Part shown: piece by piece, positions 22,386-34,057 of the stretch
How positions within the stretch are numbered: position 1 is the stretch's first letter
Layout: the number at the start of each line of letters is the position of its first letter
Origin: an uncultured Chloroflexia bacterium
GTDB lineage: Bacteria > Chloroflexota > Anaerolineae > CG2-30-64-16
Reading direction: 5' to 3'
Length of the DNA stretch: 64,000 bases
NCBI GenBank assembly: GCA_963774265.1
Contig: CAVZDU010000005.1
Span: 489,671 to 553,670 of the forward strand
Program-made: the position numbers and the translations under genes
Notes under the pieces: generated by a model
The model's database searches: none
Seen by the model: the letters and a program-made list of their open reading frames with translations, nothing else
Told to the model about the DNA's origin: nothing

Positions 22386-24055
22386 TCAGCTCAGCCAGAT
22401 GGTGAGTTCGCTCAGAGGACTACCGGCGGCATCCACTGCGACGCAGGCGCCCCGTTCGTCGATGCGGGTGACGATCCGCCCGCACGCGTAGCGGTTGTTG
22501 CGCAGGTGCGGCGCGTCCAGGATACCGGAGGTCACGGCCCGCGCCAGCGTGGCCGGATCGCGTGAAGGGATCGGCGCACGTCCGGCGCCAGCCAGGCGCA
22601 CGGATGGCGTCCAGCGTCGACCTGCGCCTCGGCGATCAGTTCCTGCTTGCGCGCCTGGACGCGCGGGTCAGCCGGTCATGTCCGGAGCGCCGGCCACGGC
22701 ATTCTCGATGGCTCGCCGCGCGACCTTGCAGGCGGCGATCACATCCTCGGCGGTGGCGGCGTGATGCGCCTCAGTGTGGCCGACCACGTGCACGATGTGC
22801 GGCTTGAGCGCCATCTGCAGATAGGTGGCCGCTGCCAGGTGCCCGCGCGCCGCTTCCGGATCGAGCGGGTGGCTCAGCAGGCCGACGCGGGTCTGCCGGT
22901 AGATGCGAAAGCTGCCCTCACTCCGGCCTCTGCCGAAGCAAGGGGCTCGATCATCTCCAGACACGCCAGCATCTTGGCCAGATCCATCGCATCCGAGAGG
23001 CCGGGCGGACTGTTGAACATCATCTGTGCGATGTAGTCGCGCACGCCGAAGCGCGCGAGCGTTGTAGGCCGACAGATAGGCGGCGACGACGAAGACCACG
23101 TCCGGCGCATCGCGCATGCCCCAATGATGCGGCTCGTTGAGCTCCACCGGGATGCCCCGTGCGCCGTACCAGGCCATCAACTGCTGGTGCTCTCGGATCG
23201 AAGATCTCGAGGTCGTGTGGGCCGCGGCCATCCATCGCGTTGAACCAGAAGAGCGGCACCGCGGCCCAGGCGATATTGATCGTCTCGACGTACATCTCCG
23301 CCAGCCGGATGAAGTCGTCGGTGCCCGAATAGGTGCGCATCAGTGGGTGGTTGCCGCGGCGGCTGGCGGCGTAGAGCTGCCGGTAGTCATCGGCGCTGCG
23401 CACCGGCACGCCGCCTGCGCCCGTGCGCCGCGGGTCCTGTCGCTCCGGGTGGAAGAAGTTCTCCTGCGCATCCTGGTCGATGCCCAGCGAAATCACGTCC
23501 AGCACGCGTGCGTCGGCGATTTGCTCGATGCCCTGCGCGCGTGGCTTCCACCGTCGGCAGGCCGAAGTGATGGCGCATGAGCGGATAGGGCGCTTTCCAG
23601 GCGATGCGCTCAACGGTCGTCTGTGGGATAGTCGGCCTCGGTCGCTGTGTACTGACGCGCCCACGCAGGTAGGCCAACACTTCCTCGGTCGGCTCCGAGC
23701 CGTCGAAAACGCGCTCGAAGAAGCCGATGAGCGGCCGCTCGCTCGGCCACCGGCGGCGTGCCGCCGAACGCGAAGCGCACCCCTGCCGGCGCGCAGATCG
23801 TCGGCGGCTTCGGCGAACTCGACCAGCAGCCGTTCGCCGGTCTCCGGGGTCAGCCGGTAGGAAACGCCGACCAGTGACGCCGCATGCTTCGGCGCGCGCC
23901 GCCTCAAGCACGCGCTCGACCGGGACGGCCGGCCCCAGGAAGACCGTCTGCCAGCCGGCCGCCTCGGCCAGGCGCAGAAAGTTCATGACGCCGGCGACAT
24001 GGACGCATTCGCCCAGCGCCGCAGCGACAACTGTTTTCTGTTTATGAGAATTCAT
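22386..24055 (-). CDS. Cobalamin-binding domain protein with large C-terminal catalytic domain (multiple frameshifts)
   Basis: GECVHVAG His-on motif and VGVSYRL; downstream RHHFGLP, LDVISLG.DQDAQ, GAGGVP, ELNEPHHW..RDAPD, RQTR.GLLS, HVVGHTEAHHAA, GILDAPHL spread over several frames. Confidence 0.8.
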
Positions 24056-24079
24056 AAGGAAATATCATCCATATCAAGT

Positions 24080-24108
24080 TTGACAAAGGATATATCTTTC
24101 TTTATGAT
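24080..24108 (+). promoter_or_regulatory. Sigma70 promoter in divergent intergenic region
   Basis: TTGACA-17 nt-TATGAT; a TGTCAA near 24127 could be the -35 of the opposite promoter. Confidence 0.6.
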
Positions 24109-24157
24109 ACTATCATCCTGACAATCTGTCAAACACGATTTCACGGAGGCGACTTTT

Positions 24158-24967
24158 ATGGCCGGTGGTGACCTGCCCGCACCCAATTTGATGCTGACGA
24201 TTCGCGGTCTGCTCCCTTCGCTGAACGAGCAGGAACAGAAGGTCGGCCAATATGTGCTCGACCATCCATATGAAGTCATCCACCTGCCGATGGCAGACCT
24301 CGCAGTACGCTGCGGCGTAGGCGATACGACGATCTTCCGCTTTTGCCGCCGCGTCCGAACCGAGGGTTACCAGGATTTCAAAATCTCCCTTGCGCGCGAG
24401 CTGCCACAGGCCACGCCTGCCATATTTGCGGCTGAGGCAGCCGGTGACGCGTTGGCCCAGGCCGCGCATAAGGTGATCACGGACGATATGAAGTCACTGG
24501 AGGACACCTTGCGCGTCCTGGATCTGGGCGCACTGGTGCGTGCGGCAGAGGCGCTGCTGGCCGCGCGACGGGTGGACATCTACGGCTCGGGCGGCAGCGC
24601 GGTCGCCGCGCTCGACCTGCAGTACAAACTGATGCGCGTGGGGGTGCGGGCGCTGGCATACACCGACGCCCAATTGCAGGCACTGTCCGCATCCCTCCTG
24701 ACCCCGGCTGACCTGGCCGTCGGCATTTCCCATTCGGGCGCCGCGCCGGACGTGCTCCGAGCACTGGAGATGGCCAGGGAAGCAGGCGCGCAGACGATCG
24801 CACTCACCAACCACCCGGCGTCGCCGATCGCCCGACTCGCAGATATCAGCCTTTGCTCTGCAGCGCAGGAGGCTCCGGGGCACGGTTACCCCCTGGGCGC
24901 GCGCGTGGCCCAGGTGGGACTGATCGATGTGCTTTACACCTTTCTGACGCTCAAGCGACCGGGATGA
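24158..24967 (+). CDS. MurR/RpiR family transcriptional regulator
   Basis: TTIFRFCRRV..EGYQDFK HTH; SIS domain YGSGGS, GISHSG, ALTN. Confidence 0.92.
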   Translation: MAGGDLPAPNLMLTIRGLLPSLNEQEQKVGQYVLDHPYEVIHLPMADLAVRCGVGDTTIFRFCRRVRTEGYQDFKISLARELPQATPAIFAAEAAGDALAQAAHKVITDDMKSLEDTLRVLDLGALVRAAEALLAARRVDIYGSGGSAVAALDLQYKLMRVGVRALAYTDAQLQALSASLLTPADLAVGISHSGAAPDVLRALEMAREAGAQTIALTNHPASPIARLADISLCSAAQEAPGHGYPLGARVAQVGLIDVLYTFLTLKRPG

Positions 24968-25048
24968 TCGGTTCGGCCGCCGGCTTCAGGTGGCAGGCGC
25001 AGCTTCGGGATCGGCTACGCACCGAACTACCGATATTCAGATTGAAGG

Positions 25049-26267
25049 ATGATGCCTATGACACCTTTTCTCCAGTTGGTCTTTTCTTTGATCGTCATCA
25101 TCATGGCCGCCAAGGCCGGCGGCTGGTTGGCAGTGCGCTTGCGCCAACCAGCCGTCCTGGGTGAGTTGCTGGTTGGCGTCCTGCTCGGCCCCAGCCTGCT
25201 CGATCTGCTGCACTGGCCGCTCCTTGCGAATGTGGTCGAGCCACACCTGCTGACCGAGATGATCTACCACCTGGCCGAGTTGGGGGTCATCTGTCTGATG
25301 TTTCTGGCCGGCCTGGAGGTGGATGTGCGGGAGATGCGCCGGACGGGGCGCGTGGCGACGCTGGCAGGTGTCAGCGGGGTGATCTTCCCACTGGTGCTGG
25401 GGGCGCTGGTGATGCTGCCGTTCGGCTATCACGGCCAAGCCGCCCTCTTTGTGGGAATGATCCTGACCGCCACCAGCGTCAGCATCAGCGCGCAGACGCT
25501 GCTCGAGCTGGGCGTGCTGCGCAGCCGAGAGGGGATCGCGCTGTTGGGCGCCGCGGTGGTCGACGACGTCCTGGTGATCTTGCTGCTTTCGGTTTTCGTC
25601 GCCCTCGCAGCCTCCGGCTCTGGGGTTGGCGCCATCGTGCTGGTTGTCGTACGCATGCTGCTCTACCTGGGATTAGCGACTGCGGCCGCGCTTTCTGTTG
25701 CTGCCGCAACTGGCCAATTGGGCCGATGACCAGTCGATCAGCGAAGGATTGGCCGCGATGGTCCTGGTGGTGATCCTCGTCTTTGCCTGGACGGCCGAGG
25801 TGGGCGGGGGGCTGGCAGCAATCACCGGCGCCTTCATTGCTGGCGTGGGTTTCGGCCGCAGCCGCCTGCACGCTGCAATAGGACGCTCCATACATACGAT
25901 CGCCTACGCGTTCCTGGTGCCGATCTTCTTTGTGAGCATCGGACTCAAAACCAACGCGCGGCTGTTGACCGGGCCAGATCTCCTGCTAGTGTTCGTGCTG
26001 GTGCTTGTCGCCGTAGTGTCCAAAGTGCTGGGCGGCGGCCTGGGCGCGCGCCTGGGCGGTTTCAACAACCGTGGGTCTTTGCGCGTGGGTGTCGGAATGA
26101 TCAGCCGCGGAGAGGTAGGGCTCATCGTCGCCAGTGTCGGCGTGAATGCCGGCCTGATCAAGACCGGGCTGTTCTCGGTTGTCACGATTATCGTGTTGCT
26201 CACGACACTCATTACGCCGCCGCTCTTGCGGCAGGTCTTTACGAATAAGGAGACGACTCATGCCTAG
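25049..26267 (+). CDS. Cation:proton antiporter, CPA2/NapA-like (frameshift near 25700)
   Basis: QPAVLGELLVG, TATSVSI, AAVVDD, PIFFVSIG, GMISRGEV. Confidence 0.9.
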
Positions 26268-26629
26268 CCTGATCGTTGCGATATTGCCGAACATAGATCG
26301 CTGCCACGATGTGCTTCAAGCCTGGGATCGCCTGGGCGTCACCGGCATCACGATCGTCGAAAGCGCAGGACTGCACAAACTGAAGCAGGTGCGCGGGCGG
26401 TCGCGATGACATGCCACTCATGCCGTCACTGCGCCACCTCTTGGAGGCCGAGGAATACCATCACCGGACAGCCTTCGTGGTGGTGGGAGACGACTTCGAC
26501 TTGCAGGGGCTGTTGCGGGCCACCGAACAGGCGGTGGGCGGCGACTTCAACGCGCCGGACAGTGGACTGCTCTTCGTGGTGCCCATTGCGCAGGTTTTTG
26601 GTTTGCGCCCACATTGGACGCAGGGGTGA
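26260..26629 (+). CDS. PII-like small regulator (frameshift near 26400)
   Basis: GVTGITIVESAG...DDMPLMPSL...GDFNAPDSGLLFVVPI; overlaps antiporter stop. Confidence 0.65.
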
Positions 26630-26733
26630 GGCCGAAACCGGCGGCGATCTCATGCCTCTGCACTGACCGGGAGAAAGCCGGGCCGGCGACATAGGTTGTC
26701 ACCGGCCTTTCGATCGTGGTGTACGCCGACGGG

Positions 26734-27912
26734 TTATGGCGCCGGGATGATCAGCTTCTGCCCGGGTCGTATCATTTGCGGCCTGGCAATCACCTGGAAG
26801 GTGCTGTCAGTGGCTGCGCGAGCGTTGGTAGCCTCGAAGATCTGCCGCCATCGCTCGCCGCTGCCGTAGAAGCGCTGTGCGAGCCCGTAGAGCGAATCGC
26901 CTTTTTGGACGATGTACTCCTGCTCTCCGGCGCTCCCCGCGGTCGGAGCCGGGGTGGGCGCTGCAGTAGCTGCCGCGATCGGCGCCGCAGCAGCCGCTGC
27001 CAGCGGCGCGAGCGCTGGCACCTCGAGCTGCAGCCAGGGATCATTCTGCGGTCCGGCCGCGACCCAACCGACCACGTCCGCGCCGTTATCGAGGCGGTAC
27101 CAGTCGTAGCCGCCCGCACGGGTCGGACCTTCGAGCACGGTTACGAGCGTATTCATGCGCAGGGTGCCAACCTGTTTGGCCTCGGTGCTCGCCGATTCAC
27201 GCACATTCAAACCGCCAGTCACCATCACACGCGCCTGGCGCTCGCCTTGCGCAGCAGTTGACGCGGTTGCGGGCGCCGCGGTCGGCGCCTCAGTAGCCGC
27301 TGCCACCGGCTGAGCAGTGGGTTCAGCCGCTGGAGCTTCAGTCGGCATCGCCGTCGGCGCTGTGGTTGGCGCCTGCGTGGGTGCTGCCGTCGGGGCCTCG
27401 GTCGGCGCGGCGGACGGCGCCTCAGTCGACAGGGTCGTCGGCTGGAGGGCCGGTGCGGTTGTGGCCGCGGCGGCCATCGCGCTGGCTGAAGCCGAGAGGT
27501 CCGGCACGATCAGCTTGATCTGCGGCGACTGCGTTCCCGCTCCGCCCGCGTCCGTTCGGCGGGCCACCAGGTCGTATGTGCCGGCCTTGAGGCTGTCTTT
27601 CAGGCTCCCGGCGAAATCTCCTGCCAGTTGCCATCGGCCATCCGCACCGGCAGTCACTTCACCCAGAGATATGCCGTTGGCGACGAGTTGGAGCCGCGCA
27701 CCGGGCGCAGCCAGGCCACTGATCGTGAACGCGCCGCTTTTGTCGATCTGCGGCAAATCGACGACGATGTTTGTGCCTGTCGTCGGCATGCCGTAGCTCG
27801 CGCCGCCCTGCAGAAGCAGGATGAGCGCGATGATCGCCAGGATCACGGCCACGATGGTCTTGAAGATATCGAGCGGTCGTGCTTCCGGACGGCCCGCAGT
27901 GTTGAGCGTCAT
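26734..27912 (-). CDS. Membrane-anchored Ig-like + SH3b + LysM protein
   Basis: N-terminal TM, ADGRW Ig-like, APT linker, LNVRE..GWVA SH3b, YIVQKGDSL..IRPGQKLIIP LysM. Confidence 0.85.
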   Translation of the reverse strand: MTLNTAGRPEARPLDIFKTIVAVILAIIALILLLQGGASYGMPTTGTNIVVDLPQIDKSGAFTISGLAAPGARLQLVANGISLGEVTAGADGRWQLAGDFAGSLKDSLKAGTYDLVARRTDAGGAGTQSPQIKLIVPDLSASASAMAAAATTAPALQPTTLSTEAPSAAPTEAPTAAPTQAPTTAPTAMPTEAPAAEPTAQPVAAATEAPTAAPATASTAAQGERQARVMVTGGLNVRESASTEAKQVGTLRMNTLVTVLEGPTRAGGYDWYRLDNGADVVGWVAAGPQNDPWLQLEVPALAPLAAAAAAPIAAATAAPTPAPTAGSAGEQEYIVQKGDSLYGLAQRFYGSGERWRQIFEATNARAATDSTFQVIARPQMIRPGQKLIIPAP

Positions 27913-27942
27913 CTGCTGTACCTCTCCTTCACCTTTATCCGC

Positions 27943-28803
27943 TCACCGGCCGCCCTTAAGCTGGTCTTGCAGGGCCTTCAAGCCATCCCAGTCGCCGCTA
28001 GCGGCCAGGAGTGCCTGCTGGGCCCACGAGCCCGGATCGGCCACACGGAAGCGCGGCCCTGCATCGGCCAGGATGCGCTGGAGGGTGACCAGGGGCGTCC
28101 CGGCCAGCTCTGCGAAAGTGCGGATGCCCTGCTCGTCCAGTAAACGGGCGATGGCGGGGCCGATTCCCTCGATGAGTTTCAGATCGTCAGGCAGCAATGA
28201 CCGCACCGAGGCGCCGAGGCCGGCAACCCCAAGATCGACGTCCGGCAGCTCGAGCTGGCCGGTGCGCTCACTCGGGTAGGTCACTTCGGGTGCTTCCAGG
28301 TCGGGCGCTGCAACTGCACGTGCCTCGAACGAGGGCGCCTCGAACGAGGGCGCCTCGATGTGTGGAGCGCTCAGGCGGGCGTTCAATTCAGCAATGCGTG
28401 TGTATGCCGCGTCCAGCTCGCTTTTCAGGACAGGCAGTTGGGCGTCCAGATCGGCGCTGCGTGCGTTCGCTACGTCAAGCTCGCCGCGCAGATCAGGCAG
28501 TTGTGCGTCCAGCTCAGCGATACGTGCATGCGCTACGTCAAGCTCGCCGCGCAGGCCAGGAAGCTGAACATCCAACTCGGCGATGCGTGCGCGAGCCGCG
28601 GTCAACTCACTCCGCAGCTGGCTGGTTTCCGGGCCAACTGCCCGGAGCCGCGCCGTCTCGTTTTTCGCGTTCGCCAACTCTTCGCGCAGCCGCGCCTCAT
28701 CCTCTTGGCACTTCTGCCACCGACGTCGCCAGTAGAAAATGTCGATGAGCCATTCGACAAGCCAGCCAACCAGTGCGCCTACGACAAAGCTAAACCAGTG
28801 CAT
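27943..28803 (-). CDS. Membrane-anchored coiled-coil protein with C-terminal HhH (DUF4332-like) domain
   Basis: N-terminal TM; DDLKLIEGIGP...SWAQQALLAASGDW...LKGGR. Confidence 0.75.
   Translation of the reverse strand: MHWFSFVVGALVGWLVEWLIDIFYWRRRWQKCQEDEARLREELANAKNETARLRAVGPETSQLRSELTAARARIAELDVQLPGLRGELDVAHARIAELDAQLPDLRGELDVANARSADLDAQLPVLKSELDAAYTRIAELNARLSAPHIEAPSFEAPSFEARAVAAPDLEAPEVTYPSERTGQLELPDVDLGVAGLGASVRSLLPDDLKLIEGIGPAIARLLDEQGIRTFAELAGTPLVTLQRILADAGPRFRVADPGSWAQQALLAASGDWDGLKALQDQLKGGR
28376..28612 (-). repeat. About four copies of a 63-bp (21-aa) coding tandem repeat
   Basis: ELTAARARIAELDVQLPGLRG / ELDVAHARIAELDAQLPDLRG / ELDVANARSADLDAQLPVLKS / ELDAAYTRIAEL. Confidence 0.85.
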
Positions 28804-28906
28804 TGTTTGCTCCTCTAAGTCATGAAACGATACGCGACGCGGACGCGCCGCAATGAATTGGATTGTACACCCACTGGGTTACGGGCAAGATAACAGGCGG
28901 AACCCG

Positions 28907-30166
28907 TAGGGCAATCGCATCTTAATTGCCCTGGCCGAAGAGCACTTTGAGCAGGTACGGCTCGTCCCAGCCGGCTTTGAGGCGTTTGGCCTTGATGCCG
29001 GCCTTGACAGTCTTTTCCTGTTTGAGCAGGTTGAGGGCAATGTGCCGGAGGACAGCGAAGTTGGCCGGGCCGTTGTCCTTGCGCACCCGCTGGTGATCTT
29101 CATCGAAGGCGATGTCGAGCACCCAGTGCAGCGAGTTTTCGATGCCCCAATGGCTGCGCACCGCTTTGAGCATGCGCCGGGCATCGCCGTCCAGGCTGGA
29201 GATGAAGTAACGGGTCTTCGATCGTCGTCTCGCCCGTTCATGCGGCGCTCGGCGACGACCTTGACGATGGTGCGCAGGTTGCGCCACCCGGCCCGGTTGC
29301 GCAGGTAGCTGACCAGACTGCGCATCGGAGATGGTCCAACACTGGCGGATTTCCAGGCGGCCATGCTCCTTGTCCGTGGTCTTGTGGTAATCGTGCGGCA
29401 CGTCCTTGAAGTTCACTTCTTGGGCGGCATCAAACAGCGCTTGGATGTCTTCGTAGAGATGGCCCTGGTTCTCCTTGACCGCCAGCACGTAGTCGGCGTC
29501 CTGCTCGACAATCGCCTGGGCGATCTCGGTTTGGCAGCCGATGGCGTCGATGGTCACGATGCAGCCGGCAATTTCCAGCACTTGCAGCAGCTTGGGGATG
29601 GCCGTGATCTCGTTGGATTTGTCGTCCACCTTGACCTGACCCAGCACCAAATGATTGGCCGTGGCCCAGGCACTGACCATGTCGATGCCCGCCTTGCCCA
29701 GCAGCCGGTTGCAGGAGCCGCGCAGCACCTTACCATCAATCGCAATGACTTGGCCGCAGGTCACCTCGCTCACGGCCTGAATCCATGCCAGAAAACACTG
29801 CTGGAACTGCTCGGGATTCAGCCGAGCAAACACCCGCCCAAAGGTGTCGTGCGAAGGGATGCCGTTGGGCAGTTCAAGGAACGTCCGTCAGCCACGCCAG
29901 CTTGGCGTTCCCGAACAGTTCCACCTCGACCCAATCATCGGCACCACAGATGATGGCGCAGATCGCAATGACGAGGATGTCGAGCAGCTGATGCAGCTTC
30001 GTCCGGTCGATCCGGGGATCTTCCAGGCTCGCAAAGTGCTCGCTGATCGAAGCGGTAGGCTCGTTGTTCATGGCTACCCTCCTGACAACTCAAGGATAGC
30101 CCATTTCGCCTGCCGCGTCTACCATCCAAGCAAACAATATGACATTTATTAGATGCGTACGCCCTT
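28907..30166 (-). mobile_element. ISAs1-family insertion sequence, 1260 bp
   Basis: 10-bp TSD GCGGAACCCG at 28897-28906 and 30167-30176; imperfect TIRs TAGGGCAATCGCATCT / AAGGGCGTACGCATCT. Confidence 0.93.
28922..30071 (-). CDS. ISAs1 transposase (frameshifts)
   Basis: [51 protein letters not shown]. Confidence 0.93.
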
Positions 30167-30185
30167 GCGGAACCCGGATTTTTGT

Positions 30186-30214
30186 TTGACACTCCCCCCC
30201 GCCGCGGGTATAAT
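30186..30214 (+). promoter_or_regulatory. Consensus sigma70 promoter of dnaG-rpoD
   Basis: TTGACA(30186)-17 nt-TATAAT(30209). Confidence 0.85.
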
Positions 30215-30242
30215 TCTTTTCACCTTTCGGCCAGGCTGACGG

Positions 30243-32213
30243 ATGACTGTTATCGACGAGATCAAGGACCGCCTGGACATCATCGACGTGGTGTCCACTT
30301 ACGTGCAGCTTAAGAAGGCGGGCCGCACCTATAAGGGGCTGTGCCCGTTCCATAACGAGAAAACACCCTCGTTCGTGGTGTTCCCCGACAGCCAGAACTG
30401 GCACTGCTTCGGCGCCTGCGGGACGGGCGGTGATATCTTCTCGTTCGTGATGAAGCGCGAGAATCTCGATTTCGGCGATGCCCTGGCGATCCTGGCCGCC
30501 AGGGCGGGCGTTGAGCTGAAGCCGCAATCAGACCAGGCTGCGGGGGAGGATAGCCGGCTCGAGCGGCTGCGGGCCATTCAGACGGACGCGGCGGTCTACT
30601 TCCATCACCTCCTCAGCAAGTCGGAAGAAGGGGTCATCGCCCGGGAGTACCTGGAACGCCGCGGCCTGGCGCGCGAGACTTGGGAAACCTGGCAGCTTGG
30701 TTACTCGTTGGATAGTTGGGACGCCCTGAAAAACCGGTTGCAGGGCAAAGGTTATCGCCCCGAGGAACTTGAAGAGGCCGGTCTGGTCATCCGTAAGGAG
30801 GAGACCAGCAGTTATTTCGACCGGTTCCGCGGCCGGTTGATGATCCCGATCCGCGATGGGCAGGGGCGAACGATAGGCTTTGGGGCGCGTGTCCTGCGTG
30901 AGGACCCGGCCCACCCGAGCCCGAAGTACATGAACTCGCCGCAAACACCGCTCTTTGACAAAGGAAGCGTCCTTTTTGGCCTGGATATGGCCCGCAGGGC
31001 GATCCGCGACGCTAACCTCGCAGTGATCGTCGAGGGATACATGGACGTGCTGATGTCACACCAGGTGGGCGTCGCGCACGTGGTCGCCGGTATGGGCACA
31101 GCGCTGACTGAAGCGCAGATGCGGCTGCTCAAACGGTACACGGCCAACATTACGCTGGCACTGGACCCGGACGTGGCAGGTGAACATGCGGCAGTTCGCG
31201 GTTTGGAGGCTGCCCGGTCGTCGCTGGAGCGTGACTGGGAGCCGGTTTTCAGTCCGACTGGGCTGGTGCGTCACGAAAGCCGGCTGAAGGCGCAGTTACG
31301 CATCGCAGCGTTGCCCGACGGGCTGGACCCGGATGAGTTGGCTTACCGCGATGTGGAACGCTGGCGGCAGGTGATCGACAATGCCAAACCGATCGTGGAC
31401 TACTACCTGGCGCTGGTGACGCGCGAAGAAGATCTGACGACCGGATCTGGCAAGGCGAAGGCTATCGAGCGACTGGCGCCCTTGATCCTGGAAATCGCCA
31501 ACCCGATTGAGCGCACGCACTACATCCAGGCGCTGGCGCGGGCAATCCAGATCGATGAGCGCCTGGTAGCCGATCAGATTCCGCGTGGCGGGCGGCTGGA
31601 AGAGCGCCGCGTGCAGGCGAGCGCAGAAGAGTCGGCGCGGCGCCGCAGTCCGACGGGCAGTGGTCGGAAGCGGGTCGAGGCGCCCCCTGTTTTTGGCCCG
31701 GAAGAGTATATTTTGGGTTGGCTGTTCCTGCGACCCGAGTTGTTGGGAGGGCTGGACGAGGAGATGATCGGCCAGCAAGCGCCGCCGCTGGGCCTGGATG
31801 ATCTGAGCAGCGCGATGAACCAGGCGCTGCTGGCGGCCCTGCTGGCGCAAATGCCGGTCCCGCCGGACATGGCGCTCGAGGAGCGACTGATTGAGTTGGC
31901 CGAACCGCTCCATGCGCGGGCGCAGGCTGCCATTGCGGAGGTACGGTTGCGGCCACCGTTGACCGATGAAAAGCTGATCAAGGACCTGGGTGACTCGTTG
32001 CTGCGCACCCGAGAGCGCAATTTGAAGCGTCAGGTGCAGCAACTCGAATTCCTGATTCGCGACACCACCACGGCCGACGACCGGGAGGAGATACGGCGGC
32101 TGCGGGAGTTGATGATGACCTACACGGCGCAAAAGCGCTACATCCAGAAGTTGCTCAACATGCGCTCCATTGCTGGAGTATTGGCTCAGCGCAAACCGCT
32201 TGCCGAGAACTGA
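30243..32213 (+). CDS. dnaG: DNA primase
   Basis: CPFHNEKTPSF...HCFGAC zinc finger, DRFRGRLMIPI, PKYMNSP, VEGYMD, LALDPD. Confidence 0.97.
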   Translation: MTVIDEIKDRLDIIDVVSTYVQLKKAGRTYKGLCPFHNEKTPSFVVFPDSQNWHCFGACGTGGDIFSFVMKRENLDFGDALAILAARAGVELKPQSDQAAGEDSRLERLRAIQTDAAVYFHHLLSKSEEGVIAREYLERRGLARETWETWQLGYSLDSWDALKNRLQGKGYRPEELEEAGLVIRKEETSSYFDRFRGRLMIPIRDGQGRTIGFGARVLREDPAHPSPKYMNSPQTPLFDKGSVLFGLDMARRAIRDANLAVIVEGYMDVLMSHQVGVAHVVAGMGTALTEAQMRLLKRYTANITLALDPDVAGEHAAVRGLEAARSSLERDWEPVFSPTGLVRHESRLKAQLRIAALPDGLDPDELAYRDVERWRQVIDNAKPIVDYYLALVTREEDLTTGSGKAKAIERLAPLILEIANPIERTHYIQALARAIQIDERLVADQIPRGGRLEERRVQASAEESARRRSPTGSGRKRVEAPPVFGPEEYILGWLFLRPELLGGLDEEMIGQQAPPLGLDDLSSAMNQALLAALLAQMPVPPDMALEERLIELAEPLHARAQAAIAEVRLRPPLTDEKLIKDLGDSLLRTRERNLKRQVQQLEFLIRDTTTADDREEIRRLRELMMTYTAQKRYIQKLLNMRSIAGVLAQRKPLAEN

Positions 32214-32229
32214 GCCCAAAGGGGAAGTA

Positions 32230-33610
<1,381 letters not shown>

Positions 33611-33631
33611 GGAGCGCACCCCCCCGTCATT

Positions 33632-33659
33632 TTGACGGAGCAGCCCTTATCGGTATAAT
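33632..33659 (+). promoter_or_regulatory. Promoter of tRNA-Asn
   Basis: TTGACG-16 nt-TATAAT. Confidence 0.7.
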
Positions 33660-33672
33660 GGGGAAGTCACGA

Positions 33673-33745
33673 TCCTCGATAGCTCAATTGGCAGAGCAAG
33701 CGGCTGTTAACCGCAAGGTTGGAGGTTCGAGTCCTCCTCGAGGAG
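33673..33745 (+). tRNA. tRNA-Asn(GTT)
   Basis: Acceptor TCCTCGA/TCGAGGA, D arm AGCTCAATTGGCAGAGC, anticodon loop CTGTTAA, T loop GGTTCGAGTCC; CCA not encoded. Confidence 0.96.
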
Positions 33746-33821
33746 CTAAGCCTCAATGCCCGATGTGGATCGGTTAGGTTGTTAAGGTGCGTGCCCCGTA
33801 ACTCGACAACAAGAGGCTTGG

Positions 33822-33856
33822 AAACGGGCGCCCGGCCAGGCGCTCGTTTTGCATTT
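33822..33856 (+). terminator. Hairpin/intrinsic terminator after tRNA-Asn
   Basis: AAACGGGCGCC...GGCGCTCGTTTT. Confidence 0.55.
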
Positions 33857-33943
33857 AACGGGCTGGAATGGTCTGGCGGAGCGGATCGTAGCGCTGTATT
33901 GCGGTGGGCAGTCGGCGCCGCCCTTGCGGACGCGGCTCGGGGC

Positions 33944-34035
33944 TCAACGTCAGGTGCAGGGTGTGATGGCGTCCGACTGTGGCGACATTAATGTCGCCAT
34001 GATACCGTAGAGCGCGGTGAGCGTGGAGTCGTATT
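33944..34035. repeat. 92-bp direct repeat, copy 1
   Basis: Ungapped match to 35024-35115 (75/92 by hand count); perfect palindrome TGGCGACATTAATGTCGCCA at 33980-33999. Confidence 0.9.
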
Positions 34036-34057
34036 CGGAGGGCATCTTGGGGCAACA

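Noticed and set aside
22554-22575. GGATCG...GGATCG in the cobalamin enzyme gene
   Set aside because: Reads as ordinary DPFTDPATL coding sequence with an indel; direct, not inverted
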